DNA from: Chitinophagales bacterium
GTDB lineage: Bacteria; Bacteroidota; Bacteroidia; Chitinophagales; UBA8649
Direction: 5' to 3'
DNA length: 64,000 bases
Assembly: GCA_020635975.1 (NCBI GenBank)
Contig: JACJYT010000003.1
Span: 138,655-202,654, forward strand
Part shown: positions 52,130 to 61,436 of the stretch, piece by piece
Numbering within the stretch: the stretch's first letter is position 1
How the letters are laid out: each line of letters starts with the position of its first letter
Program-made: the position numbers and the translations under genes
The notes under the pieces: model-generated
The model's input: the letters and a program-made list of their open reading frames with translations, nothing else
What the model was told of the DNA's origin: nothing
Databases searched by the model: none

Positions 52130-53566
52130 CTAGTAAATGGCCGAACCCACGAGATAAGCATAGCTGTCTTGGAATTGAAGTTTTTTAATCACTTCGTATT
52201 TTTTCAATAATTCAGATGCTTGGTTTTCATCAAAAACCAGAATATAATCTCCTGGATTTAGCTTTTGTAAACTAGAAAGCAGTTCAATTTGGTAGTTATA
52301 TTTTTCTTTATATAGTAGACAATAGTATTCAACATTCGGAGCGTAGGATCCTTCGCTTACATCTACTAATTTTATGTTTTTGATTTCGGGAAAGGATTCT
52401 TTTGACCTTTTTAAGAGCTGACAAAGCTCATTAATTGGACTAGGTTCTTGAACGAGGTAAACAGATTTTATAGCTGCAACATAAGGCGGAATTAATATTG
52501 CTAAATACAAAAAAAACTGCTTGGTATAAGAAGCTTTTAGCTCTACAGATGCTAAGCTTTTCAAGCTATAGTGAATTCCATAAGCACTAGCTAAGGTTAA
52601 AAATGGATAAACAGGAGCAGCATACCAAATGAGTTTGGTTTGCGCTGCGGATAGTATCGTTAAAATGACTATGGCTTCTAATATCACAAGCAGTATGAAC
52701 TTTGGTTTTTCACTTTGAAAAATGGAGTAAATAAAGAATAACAAGAAGATTAAAGGGAAACTTTCCTCGAAAAAAATTCTTTGCAGATAAAAAAGGAAAT
52801 TCCCTTCATGCATAATCACATGACTGATGCGTTTTACATTTCCTAAATGCCGAGCACCATTGAAATAGCTTAATAAAACGATGACTAGTATCACGCTTAA
52901 ACCCAACCAAAATGTCTTAGCTTTTATTAGCTGCTTAATTTTTTTACTACTAAAAGCAAAAAGGATTAAAGCCGGAAAACACAGGAAAATAGAAACACTT
53001 TTTGTAAAAAAAGCCATAGTAAAAAATACTAGACTTAAGATTAAATTCTTTTGTTTTTGATCTTCAATATAGAAATAGGCTTGAACAACGAACAAGAAAC
53101 AAAATAAAGCGAAAGGAATATCTTGATTAGCAGATCTTCCCATATGCGCACTAAGCATGGCTGGGGTACTTACCAAAAGTATAGATGCAATAATGCCTAT
53201 GGAATAAGATTGCAATATTTTTTTTGAATAGTAAACAAGACTGAAGCATAGGGCGATAAAACTAAGACTTGTTGGAAGCCGCAGGGCTAATTCATTATAG
53301 CCAAATAGCTTCATGAATCCAGCTTGCACGTAGCTCATTAATGCTGGTTTACTGTTGTGCACTTCTGTTAAGCCAGGGAGCTGCGAAAAATCTTTTATCG
53401 GTACGCCATGTTCTGCAATATAGTAGGCTCTAATGGCAAAAAGTGCTTCATCCCAAGAGTCTATGCTTAGATAATCTAGTTGCATAAATAAGGGAATGGA
53501 AAAGACAATCAACAAGCCAAAAACGGCAAGACTAAAATTGAGCTTATCTTGATGCGAAGAGTTCAA
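52130..53566 (-). CDS. Polytopic membrane glycosyltransferase, ArnT/PMT (GT39/GT83)-like
   Basis: 478 aa with ~11-12 TM helices. The first loop contains DSWDEALFAIRAYYIAEHG (a DE-type motif as in ArnT/PMT-family enzymes). A soluble C-terminal ~90 aa follows. The start codon is TTG in the track; no nearby ATG. Confidence 0.5.
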   Translation of the reverse strand: MNSSHQDKLNFSLAVFGLLIVFSIPLFMQLDYLSIDSWDEALFAIRAYYIAEHGVPIKDFSQLPGLTEVHNSKPALMSYVQAGFMKLFGYNELALRLPTSLSFIALCFSLVYYSKKILQSYSIGIIASILLVSTPAMLSAHMGRSANQDIPFALFCFLFVVQAYFYIEDQKQKNLILSLVFFTMAFFTKSVSIFLCFPALILFAFSSKKIKQLIKAKTFWLGLSVILVIVLLSYFNGARHLGNVKRISHVIMHEGNFLFYLQRIFFEESFPLIFLLFFIYSIFQSEKPKFILLVILEAIVILTILSAAQTKLIWYAAPVYPFLTLASAYGIHYSLKSLASVELKASYTKQFFLYLAILIPPYVAAIKSVYLVQEPSPINELCQLLKRSKESFPEIKNIKLVDVSEGSYAPNVEYYCLLYKEKYNYQIELLSSLQKLNPGDYILVFDENQASELLKKYEVIKKLQFQDSYAYLVGSAIY

Positions 53567-53651
53567 ATATTAAATTTTTACAAGCTGCAATTTAGGTAAA
53601 ATTAGTTTAGTAGAGAATCAGATGACTTGAGAAATAAAAAATCAGCTTGTT

Positions 53652-54380
53652 TTAAGAATTTCGTAATAAAACATCTAATTTTTGCTCAATACGTTCTAAA
53701 TTAGTATGTTGTGGGTGGTTGAAAGAAATAAAAGCTTCAAACTCCCATAATTCTAATACATCTTCTTTGAAAATGGAATATGGTAAATATTCTGGATTGT
53801 CTGAAATAAGTAAAACTTGTTTTCCCTTATCTTTTATGCGTTTAAATACAATGCCATCCTGCTGAGTAACTAGAATGTGTGCTTTTTTGTAGTTTAATTG
53901 CTTGTAGTTTTCTACATAAGAGCAGAGCACAATAGAACCTGGCTCTATAGGTAACATAGAGTAGCCCTCAATTTCAAAAGCACGATATGTTTTTGTGCTT
54001 AAATGGGGTATTGAAATAGCTGGTAATGTAGCTAAATATTCCAAATCAGCATAGCCTGCGGTGTAACCTGCTTGTGCTTTTTGCTGTACTAATTCTATAT
54101 TTTCTTTATTTTCCTTATTAACGGTGATTGCTAATATTTTGGTGTGTCTGTTTTTAATAAGTGTATAGGATTCTTGTTGTAAGTCTTTTTTAAGCAGATC
54201 GTCAATGGATATAGAAAATACTTCACTCAGAGCAATTAATTGACTGAAAGAAGCTTCTGATTTTTCGCGCTCAAAATCGGTAATGGCAGATCGTTTTACT
54301 TCAATTTTTTTAGCTAAAACTTCTTGCGACCATTTATTTTTTCTACGTAAAAATTTAAGATTTAATGCAAATGTTTTCAT
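53652..54380 (-). CDS. HTH-XRE / peptidase S24 (LexA/CI-like) self-cleaving repressor
   Basis: ATG 54380 gives MKTFALNLKFLRRKNKWSQEVLAKKIEVKRSAITDFEREKSEASFSQLIALSEVFSISIDDLL (XRE helix-turn-helix). A candidate Ala-Gly cleavage site lies in KAQAGYTAGY. The S24 Ser is in EGYSMLP and the Lys in IVFKRIK. The 78-codon upstream extension in the track overlaps the dinB start and promoter and is not protein-like. Confidence 0.8.
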   Translation of the reverse strand: MKTFALNLKFLRRKNKWSQEVLAKKIEVKRSAITDFEREKSEASFSQLIALSEVFSISIDDLLKKDLQQESYTLIKNRHTKILAITVNKENKENIELVQQKAQAGYTAGYADLEYLATLPAISIPHLSTKTYRAFEIEGYSMLPIEPGSIVLCSYVENYKQLNYKKAHILVTQQDGIVFKRIKDKGKQVLLISDNPEYLPYSIFKEDVLELWEFEAFISFNHPQHTNLERIEQKLDVLLRNS

Positions 54381-54404
54381 AAAATACTTGTATATTGGTC
54401 GGCT

Positions 54405-54436
54405 TTTTCCACAAATAAAAGTGGTAAAATTCCACA
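54405..54436. promoter_or_regulatory. Candidate operator in the divergent repressor/dinB intergenic region
   Basis: TTTCCAC-aaataaaa-GTGGTAA imperfect palindrome (CCAC 54409-54412, GTGG 54421-54424), followed by a direct repeat of TTCCACA at 54430-54436. Flanking -7-like boxes are TATATTTG (minus strand, 54445-54452) and TATATTGG (plus strand, 54391-54398). Confidence 0.3.
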
Positions 54437-54457
54437 TTTTAACGCAAATATACGGAA

Positions 54458-55684
54458 ATGATTGAAAATAGCAAACGAACAATACTACATATGGATTTAG
54501 ATACTTTTTATGTATCGGTAGAACGACTTCTAGACAGTTCGTTAAACGGGAAACCCATCCTCTTGGGAGGCACAAGTGATAGAGGTGTGGTGGCATCTTG
54601 CAGTTATGAAGCACGTAATTTTGGTGTACATAGTGGCATGCCCATGCGGATGGCTAGAGAATTATGTCCAGAAGCTATAGTTATAAGGGGTGAAGCAAGT
54701 GTTTATACCCAGTATTCAAAAATGGTGTCAGAAATTGTTAAAGAGCGAGTACCCATTTTTGAAAAAGCGAGTATTGATGAGTTTTATGCGGATTTAAGTG
54801 GTATGGATAAATTTTTTGCTTGCTATACCTATGCTTCTGAGATACGAAAGACCATTTTAAAAGAAACAGGTTTGCCTATATCGTTTGGTTTGTCCGTTAA
54901 TAAAACGGTATCGAAAATTGCTACGGGCGAAGCAAAACCTAATAATCAGATAAAAATTGATTTTGGAATGGAAAAAGCTTTTCTAGCACCTTTAAGTGTT
55001 AAAAAAATTCCGATGGTAGGCGATAAGATGTTCCAGTCCTTATGCAATTTAGGTGTTAAACACATTCAAAAAATACAAGAAATGCCTATGGAGATGATGG
55101 AGCATGTATTTGGTAAAAATGGTGTGCTTGTGTGGAATAAAGCCAATGGTATTGATAATACACCCGTAGTGCAGTTTCATGAGCGTAAGTCTATTTCTAC
55201 AGAGCGTACTTTCGATAGAGATACTATAGATGTAGTTAAGTTGCAAACCCTTGTTGCGGCTATGGCAGAAAATTTGGCGTTTCAATTGCGTAGGGGTAAT
55301 AAATTGTGTGCTAATGTTTCTGTTAAAATCCGTTACTCTGATTTTCAGACTTATAGCAAGCAAATAAAAATTCCTTATACCTCTGCCGACCACCTACTGA
55401 TTCCTTATGTAGTGGATCTGTTTAAGCAATTGTATAATAGGCGGATGTTGGTTCGCTTGGTGGGAGTGCGTTTTAATGATTTGGTATCTGGTAATTATCA
55501 AATTAATTTGTTTGATGATTCAACGGAGCGCATTAGCCTCTATAAAGCTATGGATAAACTGCGTGAAAAATATGGTGCAAATAAGCTAACGCGGGCTTCT
55601 TTGTTAGAATGTAGAACCATAAGATCTTTTTCTAATCCGTTTAATGGTGAACCGCCCGTAGTACTGGCACATAGAAAAGCATAG
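54458..55684 (+). CDS. dinB: Y-family DNA polymerase (DinB/Pol IV-like, catalytic residues intact)
   Basis: ILHMDLDTFYVSVERL, SIDEFYADLSG and SVNKTVSKIATGEAKP motifs; 408 aa. Its stop TAG (55682-55684) abuts the ATG of the next gene. Confidence 0.85.
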   Translation: MIENSKRTILHMDLDTFYVSVERLLDSSLNGKPILLGGTSDRGVVASCSYEARNFGVHSGMPMRMARELCPEAIVIRGEASVYTQYSKMVSEIVKERVPIFEKASIDEFYADLSGMDKFFACYTYASEIRKTILKETGLPISFGLSVNKTVSKIATGEAKPNNQIKIDFGMEKAFLAPLSVKKIPMVGDKMFQSLCNLGVKHIQKIQEMPMEMMEHVFGKNGVLVWNKANGIDNTPVVQFHERKSISTERTFDRDTIDVVKLQTLVAAMAENLAFQLRRGNKLCANVSVKIRYSDFQTYSKQIKIPYTSADHLLIPYVVDLFKQLYNRRMLVRLVGVRFNDLVSGNYQINLFDDSTERISLYKAMDKLREKYGANKLTRASLLECRTIRSFSNPFNGEPPVVLAHRKA

Positions 55685-58672
55685 ATGTATCTTAATTGTC
55701 ATACCTATTACTCCATGCGTTACGGCTCATTTAGCGAGAAAACCCTATTAGAGTTGGCTCAACAAAATGGTATACGCAGTATAGCTCTCACCGATATCAA
55801 CAATACCTCTGCTTGTTTGAACTTTATACAATTAGCGCAAAAACAAGGAATAAAACCCATTGTAGGTATTGATTTTAGAAATGGAAACGAGCAGCAATAT
55901 ATCGGTATTGCTCAAAATAATGAGGGCTTTTTAGAACTTAATAATCATCTATCTCAGCACTTACATAATGAATTACTATTTGATTATTTGGCCCCCAATT
56001 TCAACCATGTTTTTGTAGTTTATCCCTTTAAAAAAGCAGAACAAATTTTGCAAAAAAATCTTTTAAAGCCTTACGAATTTATTGGAGTAAAACCCGAAGA
56101 ATTAAATAAAATCCCTTTTTCGATACTAAAAAAGTACCCTCATAAATGTGTGGTGCAACAAATAGTAAGTTTTAGAAACAAACGAGATTTTAATACCCAT
56201 CGTTTGCTACGCTCTATAGATAAAAATACCTTATTAAGTAAGCTGCCTAAAAATGAAGAGGCCGATGAACATGAGGTGATGTATCCTGTTCAGCAATTGA
56301 AATACCTATATAAAGATTATCCGCAAATAATTTATAATACTGAGAAATTATTAGATGAATGCAATATTTATTTTGATTTTTCGAAAGACAGGAAATCACA
56401 AAACTTAGAAACTTATACAGGGAGTATTGGTGAAGATGTTCGGATGTTGAAGCAATTATGTTATAAAGGTCTGCCCTATCGTTATGGAAATTCAATACCT
56501 GAAACTATATACAATCGCCTAGAAAAGGAGTTAGAAATTGTTCAAAAAATGGGATTTGTGTCTTATTTTCTGACTAATTGGGATATCGTAAATTATGCAC
56601 AATCAAAAAACTATTTTTATGTGGGGCGTGGTAGTGGAGCGAACAGTATTATAGCATATTTGTTAAAAATAACGGATGTGGATCCCATAGAACTTGATTT
56701 GTTTTTTGAACGTTTTATCAATTTGTTTCGTACTAATCCACCCGATTTCGATCTTGATTTTTCCTGGCGAGACAGAGAGGATCTTACTCGTTATATTTTT
56801 GAACGTTTTAATAATGTAGCCTTGTTGGCTACTTATAATACCTTTCAGTATAAGGCTGCCGTGCGAGAATTAGGAAAAGTGTTTGGTTTACCTAAACAAG
56901 AAATAGATAAGTTGTGCGATGGGAAATATGATGTTAGCAAATTGGATCAACTTAGTGTTTTTGTATTGAGCTATGCTCGTCAACTTCATGAAATGCCTAA
57001 CTATTTAAGTATACATGCTGGTGGTATCCTAATTGCTGAAAAACCCATTCACTACTTTTCAGCTACCAATATGCCACCTAAAGGATTTTCTACTACACAA
57101 TTTGATATGGTAATAGCTGAAGATGTTGGTTTATTTAAGTATGATATTTTGGGGCAGCGGGGTTTGGCTAAAATTAAAGAAACCTTATCCATTATTACCT
57201 ACAATCAGCCTAATAATCCACCTGAGGATATTCATAATATTAATCATTTTAAAACCGATAAAAACATTAATAATCTGATAAAAGAAGCACAATGTATTGG
57301 TTGCTTTTATGTGGAATCTCCCGCAATGCGCATGTTGCTTAAAAAACTTCGGGTAGATAATTACTTAGGATTGGTGGCAGCAAGTTCTATTATACGTCCT
57401 GGTGTGGCAAAAAGTGGTATGATGCGCGAGTATATTTTACGTCTTAGAGAAACTGAAAGGGTTAAAAAACGCGCACATCCAATTATGTTAAGTATCATGC
57501 CAGATACTTTTGGAATAATGGTTTATCAAGAGGATGTAATAAAGGTAGCACATTACTTTGCTGGATTAACACTAGGGGAGGCAGATGTATTAAGGCGGGG
57601 AATGAGTGGTAAATATCGTTCAAGAGAGGAGTTTGAAAAAGTAAAACAAACTTATTTCAATAATTGTAAGGAAAAAGGGTATGATGATAAAAGCATACAA
57701 GAGATATGGTTTCAAATTGAAAGTTTTGCAGGCTATGCTTTTGCTAAGGGGCACTCGGCTTCGTATGCGGTAGAGAGTTATCAGGCCTTGTATTTAAAAA
57801 CTTATTACCCCTTAGAATATATGGTAGCTATTATTAATAATGGCGGTGGTTTTTACCAAACTGAATTATATATACATGAAGCACGCATGTTAGGTGCTAC
57901 TATTCATGCACCGCATATTAATATTAGTCGAAGCGAAACTATTATAAAGGGAAAGGATATTTATTTAGGTTTATCTTGGCTGAGGGGCTTGGATACCAGT
58001 TTAGCTAGAAAAATTGTGCGTGATCGTGAAGAATTTGGTTTTTATGAAAGTTTGGAGAATTTTGTTGATCGGATATCTATAGGTATGGAGCATTTGGCAA
58101 TATTAGTACGTATTGGTGCTTTTGATTGTACGGGCATACACAAGAGAAGTCTGCTATGGAAAGCACATGTTTTATGGCATTCTACACCTAAGCTATACCG
58201 CCAGACCTCTTTGTTTAAAGCAGAATCAAAACAGTTTTCCTTGCCAAGTTTAACATCTACAGATTTAGAAGATGTTTTTGACCAAATTGAATTACTAGGC
58301 TTTACCTTGGGAAATCCTTTTGATTTATTAGAGACATTACCTAAAAATAAGATTTTGGCTAAAGATTTTCCATCTTGTTTAAATAGAACGATTGCGATTT
58401 ACGGATACTTTGTGGCAGTAAAAAATACACCTACAAGTGGTGGTGAACGGATGAATTTTGGTACTTTTTTAGATCAGACAGGACAATTTATTGATACCAT
58501 CCATTTCCCCAATAGTGCTAAAAGATATCCGTTTAGAGGAAGAGGAGTTTACTTATTAATCGGCAAAGTTACCGAAGAGTTTGGTTTCTATACACTTGAA
58601 GTGAGTGAAATGGAAAAATGTGCGTATGTGCCAGATGCAAGATATCGTGTAAATAGTAAAGACTGGTATTAG
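55685..58672 (+). CDS. dnaE2: Error-prone DNA polymerase III alpha-like subunit (DnaE2-type)
   Basis: PHP N-terminus MYLNCHTYYSMRYGSFS, polymerase core (FDLDFSWRDRE, SIHAGGILI, DILGQRGL, AASSIIRPG, KGHSASYA). At ~995 aa with no tau-binding C-terminal extension it is shorter than replicative DnaE. Operonic with the Y-family polymerase. Confidence 0.85.
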   Translation: MYLNCHTYYSMRYGSFSEKTLLELAQQNGIRSIALTDINNTSACLNFIQLAQKQGIKPIVGIDFRNGNEQQYIGIAQNNEGFLELNNHLSQHLHNELLFDYLAPNFNHVFVVYPFKKAEQILQKNLLKPYEFIGVKPEELNKIPFSILKKYPHKCVVQQIVSFRNKRDFNTHRLLRSIDKNTLLSKLPKNEEADEHEVMYPVQQLKYLYKDYPQIIYNTEKLLDECNIYFDFSKDRKSQNLETYTGSIGEDVRMLKQLCYKGLPYRYGNSIPETIYNRLEKELEIVQKMGFVSYFLTNWDIVNYAQSKNYFYVGRGSGANSIIAYLLKITDVDPIELDLFFERFINLFRTNPPDFDLDFSWRDREDLTRYIFERFNNVALLATYNTFQYKAAVRELGKVFGLPKQEIDKLCDGKYDVSKLDQLSVFVLSYARQLHEMPNYLSIHAGGILIAEKPIHYFSATNMPPKGFSTTQFDMVIAEDVGLFKYDILGQRGLAKIKETLSIITYNQPNNPPEDIHNINHFKTDKNINNLIKEAQCIGCFYVESPAMRMLLKKLRVDNYLGLVAASSIIRPGVAKSGMMREYILRLRETERVKKRAHPIMLSIMPDTFGIMVYQEDVIKVAHYFAGLTLGEADVLRRGMSGKYRSREEFEKVKQTYFNNCKEKGYDDKSIQEIWFQIESFAGYAFAKGHSASYAVESYQALYLKTYYPLEYMVAIINNGGGFYQTELYIHEARMLGATIHAPHINISRSETIIKGKDIYLGLSWLRGLDTSLARKIVRDREEFGFYESLENFVDRISIGMEHLAILVRIGAFDCTGIHKRSLLWKAHVLWHSTPKLYRQTSLFKAESKQFSLPSLTSTDLEDVFDQIELLGFTLGNPFDLLETLPKNKILAKDFPSCLNRTIAIYGYFVAVKNTPTSGGERMNFGTFLDQTGQFIDTIHFPNSAKRYPFRGRGVYLLIGKVTEEFGFYTLEVSEMEKCAYVPDARYRVNSKDWY

Positions 58673-58850
58673 ATTAAAACTTATGCATACCTTACAATTC
58701 TTTATGGCATGAAGACGAAAGAATCTTCATTCAGACTAGTTTAATGGATAGGATATTTTTATACATGATAAGAACAATTCTCTAGAAATAGAATTTGCTT
58801 TCTTCATTTATCTACTAGTTTAAAGAATAGTCTACTGTCAAATTGTAGAT

Positions 58851-60167
58851 TTATTGCTCCCAAACATATTCCTGCCCATCAAATTTCAAAAAATCTTCTG
58901 ATGTAGATACTCTTTCTTCTGTTACGCATTCTCCATTTTCTATAAGGAAAACAGAGGATTCTGTAATGCTCGTTTTTACAAGAATATCACGCAGACCATA
59001 ACTCTTGTCTTCCTGCATCTGCAAGATTCTTTTTTCTTCGTAGTATTCCTCCTCGCATTCTGCATCAATGTTGCCACTAAAGTACTTACTATCTAAATGG
59101 TCCAGAATTTTCTCTAGCTTATTTCCTTTTTTTCTAAATAGAGATAAGATTTCATTATTTATCGGATTGACTCGAGATTGCCCTACGAAAGAGGTCCTAA
59201 TTCCAAAAGCAGTCTCTTTTTCGTTTAGAGTATAAGGAGCTGTATCGATGGTGATTTTCCGTAATTCAATAGCATCAGAAATCCATTCGCAAATATCGGT
59301 TTCGGCGAAATATTTATGACTTATTACACCACTATGTGGGTGTACTAGAACGATATGTGCGCTCAAATCAAACATAAACTCATCTTCATAAACTAGTTCG
59401 GGAATGACAACAATTAGGGTGTCATTAGCTTTGTTTAATTCCTTGCTAGTAATCAATTCTGGTTTTACATCCAAGAGATGCAAGTCCAATTGATCCATCA
59501 CGTCTACTACTGCATAAAAATTTTCAATCTCCTTATTCAGGTTGATGCTTCTAATCTTCTCTATTTTTCCATGGGGATCGAAGCTAAAGATTTCTTGATT
59601 TACTTCTAAGTTGTTCCACCAAGAGGCGTGATTTACCTTAAGGATGTACTCGCTAATCTTGGCTTCCACTCTGCTCATCGATTCGGCTATTTCATCATAG
59701 GCTACTAGCTCCCAATCAATAATTTCGCCATCTAAAGTGTAGTTGATTAAAAGCGACTCTTGCTCGTTTTGGTTCTTTCTTACACAAACTACTAGACTTG
59801 CGTAGTTTGGACTTAGCATTAATCGGTACATCGAAAGCGCTCTCATTTTGTTTTTGAAAAAATCGGGATAGATCTTATCTAGGCTTAGGATACGGGCATC
59901 TATATTCTCGATATCGTCTGGGTCTATAAAGCTATCAATAGAAGTATTATCAATAAGAGGCAGCTCTTTCGCATAAGTAGAACGATAGTATTCTTCAAAT
60001 GTCCACAAACTAGCTTCTTCATAAAGCAAGTCGTTTTCTAATTGCGTGGCTTCCAGCAGGTCTAGCTCCTTGTTCTTGTTAGAAGAACTTGTGCCATCGC
60101 TTTGGCAAGCAAAGAGTAGTAGAAAGAAGCAGCTTAGCTTAAGGGGAAGTAGTTGAGATGAAAGCAT
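58851..60167 (-). CDS. Hypothetical lipoprotein
   Basis: MLSSQLLPLKLSCFFLLLFACQSDG (lipobox-like LFAC). 438 aa, acidic, no family recognised. Confidence 0.5.
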   Translation of the reverse strand: MLSSQLLPLKLSCFFLLLFACQSDGTSSSNKNKELDLLEATQLENDLLYEEASLWTFEEYYRSTYAKELPLIDNTSIDSFIDPDDIENIDARILSLDKIYPDFFKNKMRALSMYRLMLSPNYASLVVCVRKNQNEQESLLINYTLDGEIIDWELVAYDEIAESMSRVEAKISEYILKVNHASWWNNLEVNQEIFSFDPHGKIEKIRSINLNKEIENFYAVVDVMDQLDLHLLDVKPELITSKELNKANDTLIVVIPELVYEDEFMFDLSAHIVLVHPHSGVISHKYFAETDICEWISDAIELRKITIDTAPYTLNEKETAFGIRTSFVGQSRVNPINNEILSLFRKKGNKLEKILDHLDSKYFSGNIDAECEEEYYEEKRILQMQEDKSYGLRDILVKTSITESSVFLIENGECVTEERVSTSEDFLKFDGQEYVWEQ

Positions 60168-60571
60168 ATTAAATTATGGTTGAGGCATCAAATATACTTA
60201 TTTTGAATATAGTACTTGGTAGTTGGGGGCTAGTTTATCTTCGCACTCTTTAAAGTTTCGCTTATCTTGTCCGAACAAAAGAAAGCTTTAATTGGAATTT
60301 CCTTGTGGTTGGTATTATCACCGCACCACTTTCCTCGCTCTCCGTAGCCTGAGCGCAGCGGTAGCCAAGGATTACTTAATTAATGTAGTGTGCAGCTCTA
60401 ATTTTAAGTGCTGTCAGGTCCTACGACCTGACATTTAAAAAAAGTCTATTCATTTGACAAGCTATAAATTTTTCTAATAAAAAAGTTTACCTTGTTGTTC
60501 TAATTTTTAAACCTTAAAAACTGATTTTAATAGGTCGGGAGGAAGTTCCCGACCGCACGGAAAAAATAATA

Positions 60572-61237
60572 ATGACAAAATATTTTTTAATTTTATTGGG
60601 GTTGACCATACTCCAAAGTTGTTTTACTAAAAAAAACAATAAAGAACTAGAAGTAATGTATTTAAATTCGGAGTATGAGGAAATCACCAAAATTGTAAAT
60701 CCCAAGGATAATTTATATTTATATGTTTTCTCATTTTCCAAAGTAAACAAGTTGGAGTTTGACACTGCTGGGCTTAACACGATCTCTTTTATGCTTAGAT
60801 TTAATAATTTTGAATGTAAAAATTCGCGATATTTTTTAGATGAGTTTGGAACGGATATAGATCAATTTGATTTTACTCTATACAATTCCAATACTCTTAC
60901 CGAAATTGCAATGGATTATGAACTTATACTTGAATGTGACTTACTATTGAAAGATATATTTCTACGTGAGGCTGTCAAGCAAAGCGCAGATAATATTTTT
61001 GCACGTAAAGAGTTAGTTAATCTTGCCATTTTAAGCGGCAAGTATGAAGAAGCGTTAATAATATTAAAAGATTATGATGAGACCTTTAAGAATTCCGATT
61101 ATTACGTAAACGTAATGTCTTATTGTAGTGATAAAATAGATGGTTCAATTTCATCTAATAGTAGTTGTGAGGAGTTGTTAAAAAGCAACGTTTTCGAAAA
61201 AAAGGTTGATGTCGAAGGTTACACCAAATTTTGGTAA
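60572..61237 (+). CDS. Hypothetical lipoprotein (possible immunity-type protein)
   Basis: MTKYFLILLGLTILQSCF (lipobox). 221 aa with a helical C-terminal half. It is followed immediately by the 41-bp cassette-boundary repeat. Confidence 0.45.
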   Translation: MTKYFLILLGLTILQSCFTKKNNKELEVMYLNSEYEEITKIVNPKDNLYLYVFSFSKVNKLEFDTAGLNTISFMLRFNNFECKNSRYFLDEFGTDIDQFDFTLYNSNTLTEIAMDYELILECDLLLKDIFLREAVKQSADNIFARKELVNLAILSGKYEEALIILKDYDETFKNSDYYVNVMSYCSDKIDGSISSNSSCEELLKSNVFEKKVDVEGYTKFW

Positions 61238-61246
61238 ATAATTTGA

Positions 61247-61287
61247 GTAATGGTCCAAATGGCACTTTTGGATAAAATTAAAGTACC
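61247..61287. repeat. 41-bp direct repeat, copy 1 (cassette boundary)
   Basis: gtaatggtccaaatggcacttttggataaaattaaagtacc. It contains the small hairpin TCCAAA-tggcact-TTTGGA and starts 10 nt after the stop of 60572-61237. Confidence 0.85.
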
Positions 61288-61436
61288 TTAAGGTATAGTA
61301 ATAACCCCACTCTGCGTAGCTTACCCCCAATCCTGTCCGAACGCTTTCAGCTTCGGACTATTATGCAAGTAGCATTTGCTACAATTTTGAAATCAATTTC
61401 TCTCACTTAAATTAAATATTTTCCTATCTTTATTTA

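Noticed and set aside
54381-54614. 78-codon N-terminal extension of the repressor ORF in the track (start at 54614)
   Set aside because: The extension (MLHNCKMPPHLYHLCLPRGW...) is not protein-like. It runs through the intergenic control region and overlaps the dinB start. The HTH domain begins right at the ATG at 54380.
58709-58730. Hairpin ATGAAGA-n8-TCTTCAT between convergent dnaE2 and the lipoprotein gene, considered as a terminator
   Set aside because: It is a 7-bp AT-rich stem with no adjoining T-run, which is too weak to call.
60290-60440. GC-richer patch (ccgcaccactttcctcgctctccgtagcctgagcgcagcggtagcc...) inspected as a possible tRNA or small RNA
   Set aside because: No cloverleaf could be drawn and there are no T-loop (GTTCRA) or D-loop consensus elements. 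Only a local hairpin (TGTCAGGTC/GACCTGACA) is present. No tRNA-like sequence was seen anywhere else in the window.
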